This document shows, piece by piece, positions 47,412-57,354 of a DNA stretch of 64,000 nt. This DNA comes from a virus, in the IMG/VR virus record IMGVR_UViG_3300020596_000023, positions 9,197 through 73,196 of that record; one strand, 5' to 3'. Made by a program: the position numbers and the translations under genes. The notes below the pieces were generated by a model, which did no database searches, had not been told where the DNA came from, and saw only the letters and a program-made list of their open reading frames with translations. Numbering within the stretch: the first letter of the stretch is position 1; each line of letters starts with the position of its first letter.

Positions 47412-48041
47412 TTAAGCCATTACAGCTACAAAATACCAACGAGTAAAAGCATTCAATCCCGGTACAGTCAATTCAACCATATTACTACCAATTGCAGTAA
47501 ACTGCTTTTGTGGGGTATTATCGTTGTCTACAATATTGGGCAAACCGCTACTAGGAATACCTACATCTTGTGCAGAAGCATTCACAATTTGCCATACACA
47601 CAAGTAAGCAGTATTTGCAGTAGGATTAATTGAAGTATCTCCCCAAACTATACGAACAGTAAAACTTCCTGCATTTAATATAGAGGTAGCTCCATCTACT
47701 GTAAAGCCTTTAAGAATTGTATCTTCTGGAATAGTTATAGTACCAACACCACCAGAAACTGCATAAACTACATCTGTTGAAGTAGCTGTAACTGTACAAA
47801 CTAACCCTGCACCACCAGTACCAGCAATATATTTATAATCAGTAGAAGCAGTAATAGGCCCTAGAAGAGTATCTTCAAGACCTTCAATTAATTCTAAGAT
47901 GTTCAACATTACATCTTTGACATCAGTTGCAGAAGCTACATCGTCTTTACCAAACCGTTCTTTTAACATAAGTCTCAAGTTTGCTAAAGTCTTATATCCA
48001 TTTATAAACAAGTTATTAGCTTGCCTATTAAATCCTGCCAT
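47412..48041 (-). CDS. structural protein (fibre/hub associated, putative)
   Basis: Beta-rich G/T C-terminal domain; in structural operon. Confidence 0.55.
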   Translation of the reverse strand: MAGFNRQANNLFINGYKTLANLRLMLKERFGKDDVASATDVKDVMLNILELIEGLEDTLLGPITASTDYKYIAGTGGAGLVCTVTATSTDVVYAVSGGVGTITIPEDTILKGFTVDGATSILNAGSFTVRIVWGDTSINPTANTAYLCVWQIVNASAQDVGIPSSGLPNIVDNDNTPQKQFTAIGSNMVELTVPGLNAFTRWYFVAVMA

Positions 48042-48043
48042 TG

Positions 48044-48409
48044 TTATATGATTGTAGTAGTGATAAAAGTGTCCATGTCGTAAGCTGACCAGACTGCATC
48101 AAGATCATAACCAATTTGACCTAATTGATCTTTTAAAATATTGTAATCAAAGTCCTCTTTTACTTGAGATAGAGTTGTGTATGGACTTACAAATAATGTA
48201 GATTTCCATTCAATTATCTTCAATCGGATCAAATTTTGAATAGCTACTAAAGCTAAAGACTTGATCTTAACATTCTCAAATGGTCTACCTAATCTATCTG
48301 CATCAATCTGAAAATTCAGATCACTATAATATAATGTCTTCAAGATTTGCATAGCATCTGCATCAGCTTGATTCAGATAATCTAGGTTATTTATATTAGG
48401 AAATTCCAT
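48044..48409 (-). CDS. hypothetical structural protein
   Basis: Tightly packed ORF in operon. Confidence 0.65.
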   Translation of the reverse strand: MEFPNINNLDYLNQADADAMQILKTLYYSDLNFQIDADRLGRPFENVKIKSLALVAIQNLIRLKIIEWKSTLFVSPYTTLSQVKEDFDYNILKDQLGQIGYDLDAVWSAYDMDTFITTTII

Positions 48410-48944
48410 AGTGACTGTTTAAATAGGTAAAGTGATCTGTAGCAGCATCTAACCATTTACCTAAAGTAATTATGCTATTATTTAAATCAGCAGTAAGTAC
48501 AGTAAACATAAAGCTGTTTGTAAGTACTGAGTTCATCAGAGCTAAATAGCTAAAGCTTATATGTTGTGCCATCAAATAGCAATGCTGCAAATGCGCATTA
48601 GCATCAAACAGATAACCACAGTCACAAGCATAAGTAGTACAAGCCATCTGTTCAATCAAATATCTACCACTACTATTCAATCCAGCAATTATTGCTACAA
48701 ATACAGGTATGATATAGCTACCTAAATAAGTATCATCACTTGTCCTATATTCATCAAATACATACATACCATCTTCAAGCGTTATAGATAATGTACCAGA
48801 AGCAGATATACTATCCGTAGTTTCTATAACTTCTAAAACATAGTTATCGCTTAACTGCTTAATTTTAATGTAAATACCATAAGCATTATCATTGACAACA
48901 CTGTAAGTATTATTAGATGGATTAGTTATTAATAGCATAATCAA
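48396..48944 (-). CDS. hypothetical structural protein (tail hub-like)
   Basis: DGMYVF and Cys cluster ACTTYACDCG; start probably ATG ~48938. Confidence 0.6.
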   Translation of the reverse strand: MIMLLITNPSNNTYSVVNDNAYGIYIKIKQLSDNYVLEVIETTDSISASGTLSITLEDGMYVFDEYRTSDDTYLGSYIIPVFVAIIAGLNSSGRYLIEQMACTTYACDCGYLFDANAHLQHCYLMAQHISFSYLALMNSVLTNSFMFTVLTADLNNSIITLGKWLDAATDHFTYLNSHYGIS

Positions 48945-48955
48945 TTTGAATTGGA

Positions 48956-48978
48956 GGGGCTAGCACATCACTAGCCCC
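48956..48978 (-). promoter_or_regulatory. GC-clamped intergenic hairpin
   Basis: ggggctag-cacatca-ctagcccc downstream of the 348-aa gene. Confidence 0.55.
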
Positions 48979-49005
48979 ATTGGATAAACATCGTTTCACC
49001 TATGA

Positions 49006-50052
49006 CTACCCTCCAATTGTTTGTTCCGAAGGTGTTGAGAACAATACAGCAGCAATTGTGTCGAAGCTGGTTAATACTGCTGTAGCAGGAACAAATGCAA
49101 TCAAGTAGTTTCCACGAGTACCTTCTGCACGTTGAGCGCCACCCATGTCACCGCTATTAGCAGAACTAATTTCATAAGTAGTCAAGCCAACGGCTGTATC
49201 TACTTTAGTAGGAATCATTTCATCAATTACGGAAGGTGCAGCAAACCAGAAATTCTGATCTACAGTGCCAGTAAATACACGACCTTGCGAAGATACTTGA
49301 GCATCTTGTTCGTATTGGCGAAGCTTGTTATACAAGTTTGTACCAACTTGACCCGGACTGCTAGATTCAGTAGTGCCATCCCAATGACGTTGAGCATTAG
49401 CAAGTACACCACTTGCACCAACTTCAAAGATACGAGCATTGTCAATTGCAGTAAAGCGGATACCTGCAACATTCGTAGTATCCATAATAGCTACTGCATT
49501 TGCAATACGACCTGCATCAGCATTTACCAAAGCAATAAGCCTATTTGTAAGAGTGATGAAAGTATCAGCAGCAGTTGCGACAACTTCATAAATCTCTACA
49601 TTGCCTACCAAGTTTTGGTGTGGATAGCTACGATCTGTTATAGTAACACTAGCGACATCCCCCAAAGCAATAGTAGCGGGCAATGCCATAGCTGCGATAA
49701 GAGTACCACCAATTACTTGGTTGCGCAGAACAAATGCAACAGCAGCAGTTTTAGCTCTCCGAGCATTACGACTAATCATAGTAGTATGACGAAGAGTGCC
49801 AGCACTATCACGGTAGTAAATCTGGAAGCTGTTGCTTGTAATCAAGTCAGCAGCCGTTGTACTAGTTAGTACTAACGTTTGCGTATCGGTTACAATTGCA
49901 ATAGCTCCTACTGCAAGTAAAGTTCGTACCTCATTCAGTGTAGCGCAAGTGCCACCACCAGTTTTAGCGAGGTAGGTAGCATTAGCAGCACCGACTAACC
50001 AAGTTGGTTCTGCTGATTTATTGTGCCTATAGTTAGGCTCATACATTGCCAT
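49006..50052 (-). CDS. abundant structural protein (auxiliary capsid-like, putative)
   Basis: 348 aa, Ala/Thr-rich, codon usage resembling the capsid gene, followed by a hairpin. Confidence 0.55.
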   Translation of the reverse strand: MAMYEPNYRHNKSAEPTWLVGAANATYLAKTGGGTCATLNEVRTLLAVGAIAIVTDTQTLVLTSTTAADLITSNSFQIYYRDSAGTLRHTTMISRNARRAKTAAVAFVLRNQVIGGTLIAAMALPATIALGDVASVTITDRSYPHQNLVGNVEIYEVVATAADTFITLTNRLIALVNADAGRIANAVAIMDTTNVAGIRFTAIDNARIFEVGASGVLANAQRHWDGTTESSSPGQVGTNLYNKLRQYEQDAQVSSQGRVFTGTVDQNFWFAAPSVIDEMIPTKVDTAVGLTTYEISSANSGDMGGAQRAEGTRGNYLIAFVPATAVLTSFDTIAAVLFSTPSEQTIGG

Positions 50053-50072
50053 ATAAAAATGGTTTAATTTTG

Positions 50073-51179
50073 TTATTGAATTGTTCTTAAAATCTCTGCT
50101 CTAGTTGATATTGCTGCAAGCTTTACAGCTTCCTTTACTACTTCCATAGCAATGAATCGTTTGTTACCATAACTTACACCTAAGTCCAAACCCTGATTAA
50201 TCTCATGGTCTATTAACTTAGGCAGTCTTAAATATTTCAATTCGTATTGAAACAGATTAAACTTGTTATAATGAAAAGCTAGTAGATGTTGGCCTGACAT
50301 GCTACAATAAGGTGAAGACTTTTTTACTTTAGTATAAGGATCATCTGATCCTACACCTTCATATTCATCATCTAAAAACCTTACGTTTTCAACCCATCTG
50401 GAAGTGCCAGTACTAATTTGCTTACTTAATACAAACGATTGTTTTACAATAGAATCTACTGCTTCAAGTCCAGTAGTATCTGTATAAGTAACAGTCATAT
50501 CAACTAAAGATGTAGTCAAACTATTAGGCTTTTGAACTAAAATGTAACTGTCTTTAACATACAAGTCAGCAAACCGTTCGTAGTAGACTTCTACAAAATG
50601 TGAAGCATTACCACCGTATTGCAACAAGTATCTATTAAAAACCAATGGATACAAGTTTATATCAGAAAGCCCTGTAATTGACAGAGTTACTAATCTAAAC
50701 ATATCAGCATCACCTACCGGTGCACCTATATCATTATTAACAGTACAATTGATGTAAAACTTACGAAGCTTCTCACTAATAGTAGTTGCTGTAAGAGTTG
50801 CATTTAATTTAATTACCCAATAATTAAAAGTACTACCTACTGTAGAAGTACTTCTATCAGAACAATAAGAATTAGAATTTAATCTAACTCCTATTGTCCT
50901 ATAGAAATCTTGTGGAAAGAATCCACGTACAGCCCTGTCATTGAAAAGATATAACGGATTGGTGTAAAAAGATTGTAGACTTTGCAACAACTCCGCAGCT
51001 ACAACATTATCACTATAACCTAAAGTAGTTTTATCAGCAGGGAAATACTTGTCAATGACAGATAACTGACCATAGTTCAGCCATTCATCTATCTTATGAT
51101 TTGTGAACGTAGTGTTCTCAAAGTCACCACTTTCTTGAAGTAACATTTGAAACTGTACGTGAATTTCTTGCCAAGTCAT
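50073..51179 (-). CDS. head-tail ring protein (crAss-like)
   Basis: MTWQEIHVQF...IDEWLNYGQ and LKYLRLPKLI...EVVKEAV patterns. Confidence 0.65.
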   Translation of the reverse strand: MTWQEIHVQFQMLLQESGDFENTTFTNHKIDEWLNYGQLSVIDKYFPADKTTLGYSDNVVAAELLQSLQSFYTNPLYLFNDRAVRGFFPQDFYRTIGVRLNSNSYCSDRSTSTVGSTFNYWVIKLNATLTATTISEKLRKFYINCTVNNDIGAPVGDADMFRLVTLSITGLSDINLYPLVFNRYLLQYGGNASHFVEVYYERFADLYVKDSYILVQKPNSLTTSLVDMTVTYTDTTGLEAVDSIVKQSFVLSKQISTGTSRWVENVRFLDDEYEGVGSDDPYTKVKKSSPYCSMSGQHLLAFHYNKFNLFQYELKYLRLPKLIDHEINQGLDLGVSYGNKRFIAMEVVKEAVKLAAISTRAEILRTIQ

Positions 51180-51190
51180 ATCTACAAAAG

Positions 51191-52153
51191 TTAGTTACTA
51201 CCGTTAGTCATTTTCATCTTCAAAAACGAGTAAGTTTCCGCATTAACCGGAGTTCTTAGCCACTGCACCGCTGACATCATATTACTACCAATACTTTGGT
51301 TATCGTAGAACAATGCACCGCTATTATCTGCTCTCTTAATAATATCTTTCGATACCAACCAATTAACCAAAGCTTCATCAGCCAAACTATTGGACTCAAC
51401 TACTCGAATGAATTCTACTGGATTTTCTTCTACAAAATCATAGATGCTAATTAAAGCACTATCCTTATCGTTATGAGTAGGACGATTTGCAGCTAACAAT
51501 ACCATATTCATCTTATCAATATCCAACGTGACCTCTGCTCTAAGTTTAGAAGCTTTATCTTTAATGCGAATTGCAGTAATTCGGTTTTCACGAACTTGCA
51601 CTTCTGTAAATAAGTAAAACTTAATGAAAGTACCTTTATTACGTTCCTCATAATTATTAGCTACAGTAGCATTTACTAGACACATGCGAAATATTGCATA
51701 GTCCCTAGAATTAAGTGGAACTAACTTATCATCAACAATCTTAAATCCTACTTCTAACGGATAGTGCGAACGAGTAGAAACTTCAATAAGAAACCCTTTC
51801 CAGTAATCTTGAACAGACTTAGTATAAGTAGCTTTGTCGTAGTCAATACCTAGAATATCTAACATGATTTCACGTTCTTCTTCTAAACTATCAAACACTT
51901 GACGAATACCTTTACCTTTCTGAGTCAATGTTGGGCCAATCTCCAACCATGATTTATAATCATTCTCGATTTGTCTACTACCTTGTTTTACAATCGGTAA
52001 TACGAAGTGAGTTTCTTTAGCTCTAACTTCAACAATACAAGAATTAATTACTTTACCAATAAACGGATTATCTGCCCCGGAAAAAACAAGCTTAGGCTCA
52101 CTTATATTAGTACTACCTTCCGCAGAAGTCTGTACTTTTTGTGTTACTGCCAT
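51191..52153 (-). CDS. conserved crAss-like protein downstream of major capsid
   Basis: Synteny; DYW, PLN..DY..FR.CL...VAN, KFYL, ENPVEF patterns. Confidence 0.6.
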   Translation of the reverse strand: MAVTQKVQTSAEGSTNISEPKLVFSGADNPFIGKVINSCIVEVRAKETHFVLPIVKQGSRQIENDYKSWLEIGPTLTQKGKGIRQVFDSLEEEREIMLDILGIDYDKATYTKSVQDYWKGFLIEVSTRSHYPLEVGFKIVDDKLVPLNSRDYAIFRMCLVNATVANNYEERNKGTFIKFYLFTEVQVRENRITAIRIKDKASKLRAEVTLDIDKMNMVLLAANRPTHNDKDSALISIYDFVEENPVEFIRVVESNSLADEALVNWLVSKDIIKRADNSGALFYDNQSIGSNMMSAVQWLRTPVNAETYSFLKMKMTNGSN

Positions 52154-52192
52154 TACTATTAAGTTTATTTTAGTTTTTAAAATCAGTCTCTA

Positions 52193-53695
52193 CTAATAAC
52201 CGAATGCGGTATAATCTGGTTGGAACTGAACTGACCAAGTGTCATTAAACATAACCAAACCTTGAGTGCATAAGAAGTGAACACTTGTACGATCTGTACC
52301 AGTAGCAAGCTGCAAGTATTCTCCATTACCCTTGTAATTCAAGAACCCTGTCTTACTTACATCTGCCATACCTTGTTCCAAGCCTTTAACTTCACCACGA
52401 CCAGCTTCCGACAACAATTGTAAGTTGCTTTGACCATCATAGTCAGAAGCATCTACAATGTAGGCTTCATAACTTGCAAGACTACGACCACTTACAGGGT
52501 GAATTGGAGCAGCATCAGCATAACCAGACTTATTCAAAAATTCCAATGGAACCAATACATAAGTAGGGCCATCAATATGCTTGTAAGCTTGAATGTAGTT
52601 ACCCAAAGTCAAACGACCTTGCACTTCACTCAAGAAGTCTTTACTAGTATTAGCAGATACTAATTGGAAGATTCGAGAATCAACCATAGCATTATGCCAT
52701 TCCTCAGCAAAACCACCACCACAGAAAATTGGAATAGTTTGATTGCCATCATCAGGCTTACCACGGAAAGTTGCACCAAGAATCCTATTGATATAAGATT
52801 CCGTCAAAGTTGAGTAAGTCAATGATTGTGTAATCTGCTGCTTCAAACCGGGAGCAGAAGGAACATAATCATTACTGTAATCATCAAACAAGTGAGTTGT
52901 ACCGTCAGCAGCATAGCTATATTCAGACAAGAACAATTCCATGTGTTTGTCTTTCTTAAATTCCAACCATTGCTGGAACTCATACCAAGACAACCAGTAG
53001 TTACTGTTATTACCCATAGTATCAACAAAGTTAAATTCTACCACTTTGTTGGCAATGTTACCTGCCATGTGATAAGACTTACGCAATGTGTTGATACAGC
53101 CCTTCCGACGACCCGGAGTTTGAACATGTCCGTAGTTGCCAATAGAATTAGCAACACTAACTTTACCCGGACCGACTTGACCCCAAATTGCATTAGGTAA
53201 AGTATCACGATACGGAATAGTAGCACCTGGTCTAATTGCCATCAATCGGTAACGATACCGACTTTCACTAATACGTTTTGGTGTATCTTGTACACGACAA
53301 ATTACACCTGATGGAGAACGAACAGAAGTTTCATAGATAAACCAATCGGTTTTGAAATCCAGAATAACTTCCATACCACCACCAATAGTATCGGATGAGG
53401 CGTAACTAGAAGCAGCTACAGCCTCAGTTTCTTTCATAGCACCAATAACCGGATACTCAAAGAAATGATTGTGTACTTCTGCTTTACCAATTCTACCACC
53501 ACCTTCTAGCATTGCTAAGAGAGGAAACATTTTAGAACTATCATTCCAATTTCCCATCAACTTAGTAATGACTGGCCTCAACAAGTCTGGTTGAGACATA
53601 TAAGCAGAAGTCAGGTTATTAACTGAGGTAAACTTATCTGTATTGATTCCCTCAGCATGTACCGTGATCCTACTATGCAGATCATTTGCTGCCAT
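52193..53695 (-). CDS. major capsid protein
   Basis: 500 aa in TerL-portal-scaffold-MCP order; FPL, TLRKSY, GLKQQI, CGGGFAEEW..AM, Y.HIDG patterns of crAss-like MCP. Confidence 0.88.
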   Translation of the reverse strand: MAANDLHSRITVHAEGINTDKFTSVNNLTSAYMSQPDLLRPVITKLMGNWNDSSKMFPLLAMLEGGGRIGKAEVHNHFFEYPVIGAMKETEAVAASSYASSDTIGGGMEVILDFKTDWFIYETSVRSPSGVICRVQDTPKRISESRYRYRLMAIRPGATIPYRDTLPNAIWGQVGPGKVSVANSIGNYGHVQTPGRRKGCINTLRKSYHMAGNIANKVVEFNFVDTMGNNSNYWLSWYEFQQWLEFKKDKHMELFLSEYSYAADGTTHLFDDYSNDYVPSAPGLKQQITQSLTYSTLTESYINRILGATFRGKPDDGNQTIPIFCGGGFAEEWHNAMVDSRIFQLVSANTSKDFLSEVQGRLTLGNYIQAYKHIDGPTYVLVPLEFLNKSGYADAAPIHPVSGRSLASYEAYIVDASDYDGQSNLQLLSEAGRGEVKGLEQGMADVSKTGFLNYKGNGEYLQLATGTDRTSVHFLCTQGLVMFNDTWSVQFQPDYTAFGY

Positions 53696-53728
53696 ACAAT
53701 AAAAATTAAATTAGGTTATAGAATACTT

Positions 53729-54910
53729 TTAAAATACCAATTTAGATACATCAGCTTTTACTTCAACCCCACCATTTCCAGTATTTATTCTTTGTGTTGG
53801 TGGTGCAGTAGTTTGTTTAGTTATAATAGCTTTAACTGTACGTCTTGTAGTATCAGAAGTAGCTTTTACTAAAAGCTTATTAAAATCAGCTAATTTAATT
53901 TTACCAGTACTAACTGCATACCTTAGATATTTCTCAGCAAGGAAATGCTCATCAGTCATAACTTTACTAAACTTAGCTTCTTCTGTTTCACCATTTTTAG
54001 GTTCGGCTAAAAACTTATAAAAATTAGTAGCATCGGAAGCTTCCAGTTTAAATCCGTTCAAATCCAAACTATTTATCTTAGATTCAACTTTACCCCAATA
54101 AGCCTTACGATCTGCTAATTCTTTAGATTGTTGTATACTAGCTTTTTCAACCTTCAATTGATCTTGCTCTTGATAGAACTTAGTCAAAGACTCTTTAGCA
54201 GTTTTATAATAGTCTGAAAGCTGTTCGGTGTCTCTCAAAGCCGTATAGATGCTCTCAGGGTCTTTCACATGAGCGACATTGGTAAGGAAATGTAGCACTA
54301 CAGACTTGGTTTGATCTGCTGATGGTGTTTCTGATATGCTTCCAAAATCAATCCTGTCATTATTATTACGAGCCAAAAATTGATCCACTGTGCCGCCACC
54401 TATTAGATGTAGGATAAGATCAGAAGCTATTGGGTTGTCTTTACCTAAGTCTTCAATAGTTGCTAAGGTTTGAGCTTGGCCAACCTTTGTGACAATATCA
54501 ATTAAAGATTCAGCCGAACCGTTAAAAAACAAGCTTCTCTCTTCTACCGGCAATAGTGAAAGAACAGGTTCAAGTCGTTCTTGCACTATTTTGTTTAAAA
54601 TAATATGATCTACATTTACATCTTCATTTAAACCAACTTCACCAGTCTCTTCATTAAAACTAAATTCTTCTTTCTTTGCAATAAGAAAGTCTTTACCATC
54701 TCGTTGTACAAACAAGTTACCATCTGCACCAATTATGTAAGGTAATTCATCAGTAGTACTAGTTTCTCCAGTAGTCTCAAGACTATCAGAAGTATCGGTA
54801 CTATCTGGAACAATCGGAGTATCCTCATTAGGATTAAGATTGTTATTGTTGTCAATTGGCTTGTTTACGTCCTCACTAGTAAAAGCCAAGTTTTTCATAT
54901 CAATTGCCAT
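53729..54910 (-). CDS. scaffold-like protein
   Basis: Acidic low-complexity N-terminus, coiled coil, lies between portal and MCP. Confidence 0.6.
   Translation of the reverse strand: MAIDMKNLAFTSEDVNKPIDNNNNLNPNEDTPIVPDSTDTSDSLETTGETSTTDELPYIIGADGNLFVQRDGKDFLIAKKEEFSFNEETGEVGLNEDVNVDHIILNKIVQERLEPVLSLLPVEERSLFFNGSAESLIDIVTKVGQAQTLATIEDLGKDNPIASDLILHLIGGGTVDQFLARNNNDRIDFGSISETPSADQTKSVVLHFLTNVAHVKDPESIYTALRDTEQLSDYYKTAKESLTKFYQEQDQLKVEKASIQQSKELADRKAYWGKVESKINSLDLNGFKLEASDATNFYKFLAEPKNGETEEAKFSKVMTDEHFLAEKYLRYAVSTGKIKLADFNKLLVKATSDTTRRTVKAIITKQTTAPPTQRINTGNGGVEVKADVSKLVF
54510..54575 (+). repeat. dispersed conserved element, copy 5 (core 54541-54553)
   Basis: tcagccgaaccgttaaaaaacaagcttctct-CTTCTACCGGCAA-tagtgaaagaacaggttcaag; antisense within the scaffold-like gene. 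Confidence 0.9.
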
Positions 54911-54936
54911 AGTGTTCTATTATAGTTGTAGTTATA

Positions 54937-57351
54937 CTATGTTTTTGAATTAGATTGATTCATTCGTTGTTTCTGTATCTGCAAAGCTTCGGCCTTCTGC
55001 TGCTCTGCTACTACATTCTTACGTTCCGTTTCAGCTTGTTTCCGCTGTTCCATTTGTACTTTGTTGTAACCTGCTATAACTTCATCAGAGTCATCAATTC
55101 CATCTCCATCAATATCTTTACCGGCATTAAATCCAATACCTACGATTAATGCAGAATCTACTTTTGCCTTAGCTTGAACATCTGCAACATATCGGGTATC
55201 TTCCGATTTGAGTTGAGTCACTTCTAATTCTTTATCAGCTAAGTATTTCTGAGTAGTTTGTTCTTGCTCTCTAATGCTATTTTCAAGCTCTTTAAATTCT
55301 TTATCAGCTTTGCTCAACAAATCTTTAATATCTTCCATACTATCTGCATCAACAACATCAGCTACATCTTTGAAGCTTCCATTATTCTGCAACATAGTCA
55401 AAGCATTATTACGCATTATTTCGACCTTTCTTTGCTCATCAGGAGATGAACTAACATAGACTCGCATATCAGAGTTAAGTACTTGTTCAGAACTCATATT
55501 AATAATATACTCATCTTTCTGACCTAGCATTACTTTGCTTTGCCATCCATCACATTTAGTCATTCTAAATAAATCCAATAACCCATTAGCATCAGATTCA
55601 ATTAGTTTATCAAACCAATATAACTGCCAAGTATCAGCAGCACTAGATTGATTAATAGCCATCTCATTAACTCCATTCAAATCACTAGCTCTGGTTTCAC
55701 CCATGCTTTGCCTGTTCCTGCCAATCCTTTCCCAGAAATTAACTTTGATTGATTCTGCTATTTCATACAACCTACTAATATGTTCATAGTTACTTAGGTT
55801 CAAACTCTTAATACTTCTTAAAGCTTCTTGACCTTCTGGTGTAGAATCATCTACAAACAAAGTTTCAAATGCTCGAATATAATGAAGCATCTTATCAGGA
55901 GTCCAACCAAGTTCTTTAGGAATAGTACTTAGTGGAATTAGAGTCAAATTGCTAATCATTCTATTAATTAACACATCTGCTCTAAACATAATACTGTTAT
56001 ACATCCGTTGATAGGATATACCTATTCTAACATCTGATACAACGTTTTCTGGATTGAATCCTCTAATGATTCCATTATAAGGTAATGGTTCACCTTTAAT
56101 AGAACCTTTATCATTTCTGCTTATATCGCAGCATCCATAATCTAATATGAAATTGTTCTTTTGTGGTACTTCACCTTTTATACCAACATTCAAACTATCG
56201 CCAATACTACACCTCATATACCATATATAGTACCAGCAATCAATCCAAATATCTTCTATACTAACATCTCCATTCTTCTCATCAAACTCATAATCATGCT
56301 CAACATCAATACAGCTTAATTCAGCAAACTCATTATAATACTTTAATCTTTTAGCTTGCTTCCGACCTTTCCAAACTAAATGACTTATACAGTTCTTACC
56401 ATTTAATTCAGTTCTAACTAACTTTGTATTAATACTACTAGTATAGCTACGTTCATTCTGCCAAACTACTTGACTTCCAAATCCTATATCAATAGCTGAT
56501 TTGTTATATAAACTATCAATATATTTACGATTGCTTTTAAAAGTAGCAGAATCACCAAACATATCTTCAAGCTCCCCCATACACAAGTAATACTGAACTT
56601 GAATAGCTTCACTATCTTCATCTAATGGTGATAGATTACTTTTACCATAAATCCTATAATCTAATGGATGGATTGGTTGGTACATAACATATCCGTTATG
56701 CACATTCTTATAAGACAAGCATCTTCCATAAACTAAGAAGTCTTCTAACATCAAAGCCCATTTGAATACAAGCTCTAGTATGTTAGTAATATCTTTTAGT
56801 AAAGCTGAGTTCCTTTTAGTAATAACCGCATTATAAGTCTTTTCGTAAAACTCTGTAGCTATTTTCTCAATGTCAAAACGCTGACCCATATTTGAACCAG
56901 CGTTATTATTTAAAGAAGCACTTCTGTTATTAAATTCTTCTTCTAATTTCTTCTTAACAAAACTACTAACTTGTTGAGTTATATAGTTCTCATCATGGGG
57001 AGAGCTAGTAACAAGTTTTAAAAAATCCCCTCTTCTTAGAAAATCTCCAATCTTCCTAGTTATGACCGGAGTAATTATATCATAATTTCTAAGCAATGAT
57101 GTAATTCTAGTTAGATACTCACTATTCTGATCGTGTGGGTTTATGACTGCTTCATAATCAGTCAAGTTAATATGATTACCATAAGCAGCAGCAAGATCAC
57201 TCATTATGTTATAAGACTGACCACTTACATCTCCAGTACCAGAATAGTACTGAACCATTCTAGTAAAGTAGTCTGGTACTAACTGAGTTTTATCAGTACG
57301 AGAATACTTTTCAGTTTCTGTTAAATAAGAAGATGGTTTTAGATTAATCAT
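54937..57351 (-). CDS. portal protein
   Basis: 804 aa directly after TerL; RNYDIITP, LPYNG, YQRMYN, C-terminal DIDGDGIDD plus coiled coil typical of crAss-like portals. Confidence 0.85.
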   Translation of the reverse strand: MINLKPSSYLTETEKYSRTDKTQLVPDYFTRMVQYYSGTGDVSGQSYNIMSDLAAAYGNHINLTDYEAVINPHDQNSEYLTRITSLLRNYDIITPVITRKIGDFLRRGDFLKLVTSSPHDENYITQQVSSFVKKKLEEEFNNRSASLNNNAGSNMGQRFDIEKIATEFYEKTYNAVITKRNSALLKDITNILELVFKWALMLEDFLVYGRCLSYKNVHNGYVMYQPIHPLDYRIYGKSNLSPLDEDSEAIQVQYYLCMGELEDMFGDSATFKSNRKYIDSLYNKSAIDIGFGSQVVWQNERSYTSSINTKLVRTELNGKNCISHLVWKGRKQAKRLKYYNEFAELSCIDVEHDYEFDEKNGDVSIEDIWIDCWYYIWYMRCSIGDSLNVGIKGEVPQKNNFILDYGCCDISRNDKGSIKGEPLPYNGIIRGFNPENVVSDVRIGISYQRMYNSIMFRADVLINRMISNLTLIPLSTIPKELGWTPDKMLHYIRAFETLFVDDSTPEGQEALRSIKSLNLSNYEHISRLYEIAESIKVNFWERIGRNRQSMGETRASDLNGVNEMAINQSSAADTWQLYWFDKLIESDANGLLDLFRMTKCDGWQSKVMLGQKDEYIINMSSEQVLNSDMRVYVSSSPDEQRKVEIMRNNALTMLQNNGSFKDVADVVDADSMEDIKDLLSKADKEFKELENSIREQEQTTQKYLADKELEVTQLKSEDTRYVADVQAKAKVDSALIVGIGFNAGKDIDGDGIDDSDEVIAGYNKVQMEQRKQAETERKNVVAEQQKAEALQIQKQRMNQSNSKT

Positions 57352-57354
57352 AAA

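Noticed and set aside
49132-49869. 245-aa + strand ORF
   Set aside because: Antisense shadow of the 348-aa structural gene; Ser/Thr/Cys-rich composition expected from reverse-read codons
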